Source: Malacoraja senta (taxonomy: Eukaryota). Taken from it: DNA of 20,000 nt. The translations under genes were made by a program, and so were the position numbers. Below the pieces are notes generated by a model. The model was not told the origin of the DNA. It saw nothing but the letters and a program-made list of their open reading frames with translations, and did not search any database. Shown piece after piece: positions 18,681 through 20,000 of this stretch (position 1 is its first letter; every line of letters begins with the position of its first letter). The stretch is taken from assembly GCA_038087875.1 (NCBI GenBank), contig JAXLNO010000174.1:247884-267883 (forward strand), written 5' to 3'.

Positions 18681-18998
18681 TTTAGACTTTATTTTAGCAT
18701 TAGAGACACAGCATGGACACAGGCCCTTCAGCCCACCGAGTCCACGACGAACAGCAATCACCCTGTACACTAGCACTATTCTACACACTAAGGTCAATTT
18801 ACAATTTTACCAAAGCCAATTAACCTACAAGCCTGTACCGCTTTGGAGTGTGGGAGGAAACCGTAACATCCAGAGGAAACCCATGCAGTCTCAGGGAGAA
18901 CATACAAACTCCATACAGACAGCACCCATAGTCAGGATCGAACCCAGGTCTATGCTGCTGTAAGGTGGCAACTCTACTGCTGCTCCACTGTGCCGCCC
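18681..18998 (-). mobile_element. V-SINE (HE1-like), full length, diverged
   Basis: Tail, V domain, B box (GGATCGAACC on +) and head TGTGCCGCCC. Confidence 0.93.
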
Positions 18999-19095
18999 CA
19001 AGGTTTAGTCTCTGAAGCTCCAATTGTCTGCAGGGCCAGTAGTTTATCACTGACTCAGGAAAACCTCCGATCATTCCCCTTGAACAGAGGGGCTC

Positions 19096-19410
19096 TGGAA
19101 ACAGGCCCTTTGGTCCACTGAGTCGGTGTCAACAGCGATCTATTAATCCTATCCTACACACAAAGGACAATTTACAATATTTTTACAGAAGCCAATTAAT
19201 CTACTAGCCTGTATATGAAGGAAACCCGTATATGAACTTACAAATCTGTACATCTATGGAGTGTGGGAGGAAACCAGAGCTCCTGGAGAAAACCCACACG
19301 GTCACAGGGAGAATGTACAAAATCTGCACAGACAGCACCCGTAGTCAGGATCGAACCCGGGTCTCTGGTGCTGTAAGGCATCAACTTTACCGCTGCACCA
19401 CCGTGCCACC
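19096..19410 (-). mobile_element. V-SINE (HE1-like) with a small internal duplication/insertion (~19200-19240)
   Basis: TGGAAACAGGCCCTTTGG through CCACCGTGCCACC; B box intact. Confidence 0.92.
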
Positions 19411-19452
19411 TACTGCATCGCTGTCTTTTAATTTTCCATTGGGATTACAAGA

Positions 19453-19505
19453 ACAATAGACAATATGTGCAGGAGTAGGCCATTTGGCCCTTCGAGCCAG
19501 CACCA
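19453..19505 (-). mobile_element. CR1 terminal fragment
   Basis: GTGCAGGAGTAGGCCATTTGGCCCTTCGAGCCAGCACC is nearly the reverse complement of 2037-2075. Confidence 0.85.
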
Positions 19506-19544
19506 GCTAACATCAAAGTCTAATGGAGCTAAACAGCTCTATTC

Positions 19545-20000
19545 GACTTTGGCTAGGTCACAATTGAAGCTGTACGTGCCGTTCTGGTTGCCTCATTACA
19601 GGTAGGATGTGGAGACTTTGGAAAGATGCAGTGGAAGATTACCTGGATTATGGGGTAGTAGCTAAAACTGGACAGACTTGGATTGTTTTCATTGGAACAC
19701 CAGAGGTTGACGAGAGACCTGATAGAAATATATAAATATTATGAGAGGGTGGGTGGGCAATCAGAACCTTTTTCCCAGGATGGGAAAATCCAATACCAGA
19801 GGGCATCGCTTCAAGGAGAATCAGGCAAAGTTTAAAGGAGGTGCACGGGGCAAGATGTTTACACAGAGGGTGGTGGGTGCCTGGAACACATTGCTGGGGG
19901 TGGTGGTGGTGGAGGTACGAATTTGGCAGGCTTTTGGATAGGCACATGGATATGCATGGAATGGTAGGATATGGATTATGTGCTGGCAAATATGCGATGG
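19545..20000 (+). mobile_element. Degraded CR1 3' fragment running off the window
   Basis: QNLFPRMGKSNTRGHRFK…GKMFTQRVVGAWNTL, with upstream FW.PHYR.DVE.LE-like motifs. Confidence 0.88.

Overview
Eukaryotic, repeat-dominated, non-genic (intronic or intergenic) DNA. The repeat set points to a cartilaginous fish, most likely a skate or ray (inference from family recognition). It comprises about 13 tRNA-derived V-SINE (HE1-like) copies with (TAAAC)n tails, many 5'-truncated CR1/HER1-type LINE fragments, Rex1/Babar LINE 3' ends, and Penelope-like terminal repeats with degenerate hammerhead-ribozyme motifs. No intact host protein-coding gene is supportable; nearly all listed ORFs are TE fragments or chance frames. 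Two DNA elements were resolved from sequence structure. The first is a 1,458-bp non-autonomous Helitron (13890-15347) with two 5' termini, internal minisatellites and a duplicated GC-box/TATA/Inr module; a split 16-bp target-site duplication independently confirms its boundaries. The second is an 847-bp CpG-rich hAT-type element (11489-12335) with TIRs and a perfect 8-bp TSD. Several nested insertions give a relative chronology. I see no convincing evidence of an entirely new biological system; the best leads are possibly uncatalogued TE families carrying promoter-like cassettes.
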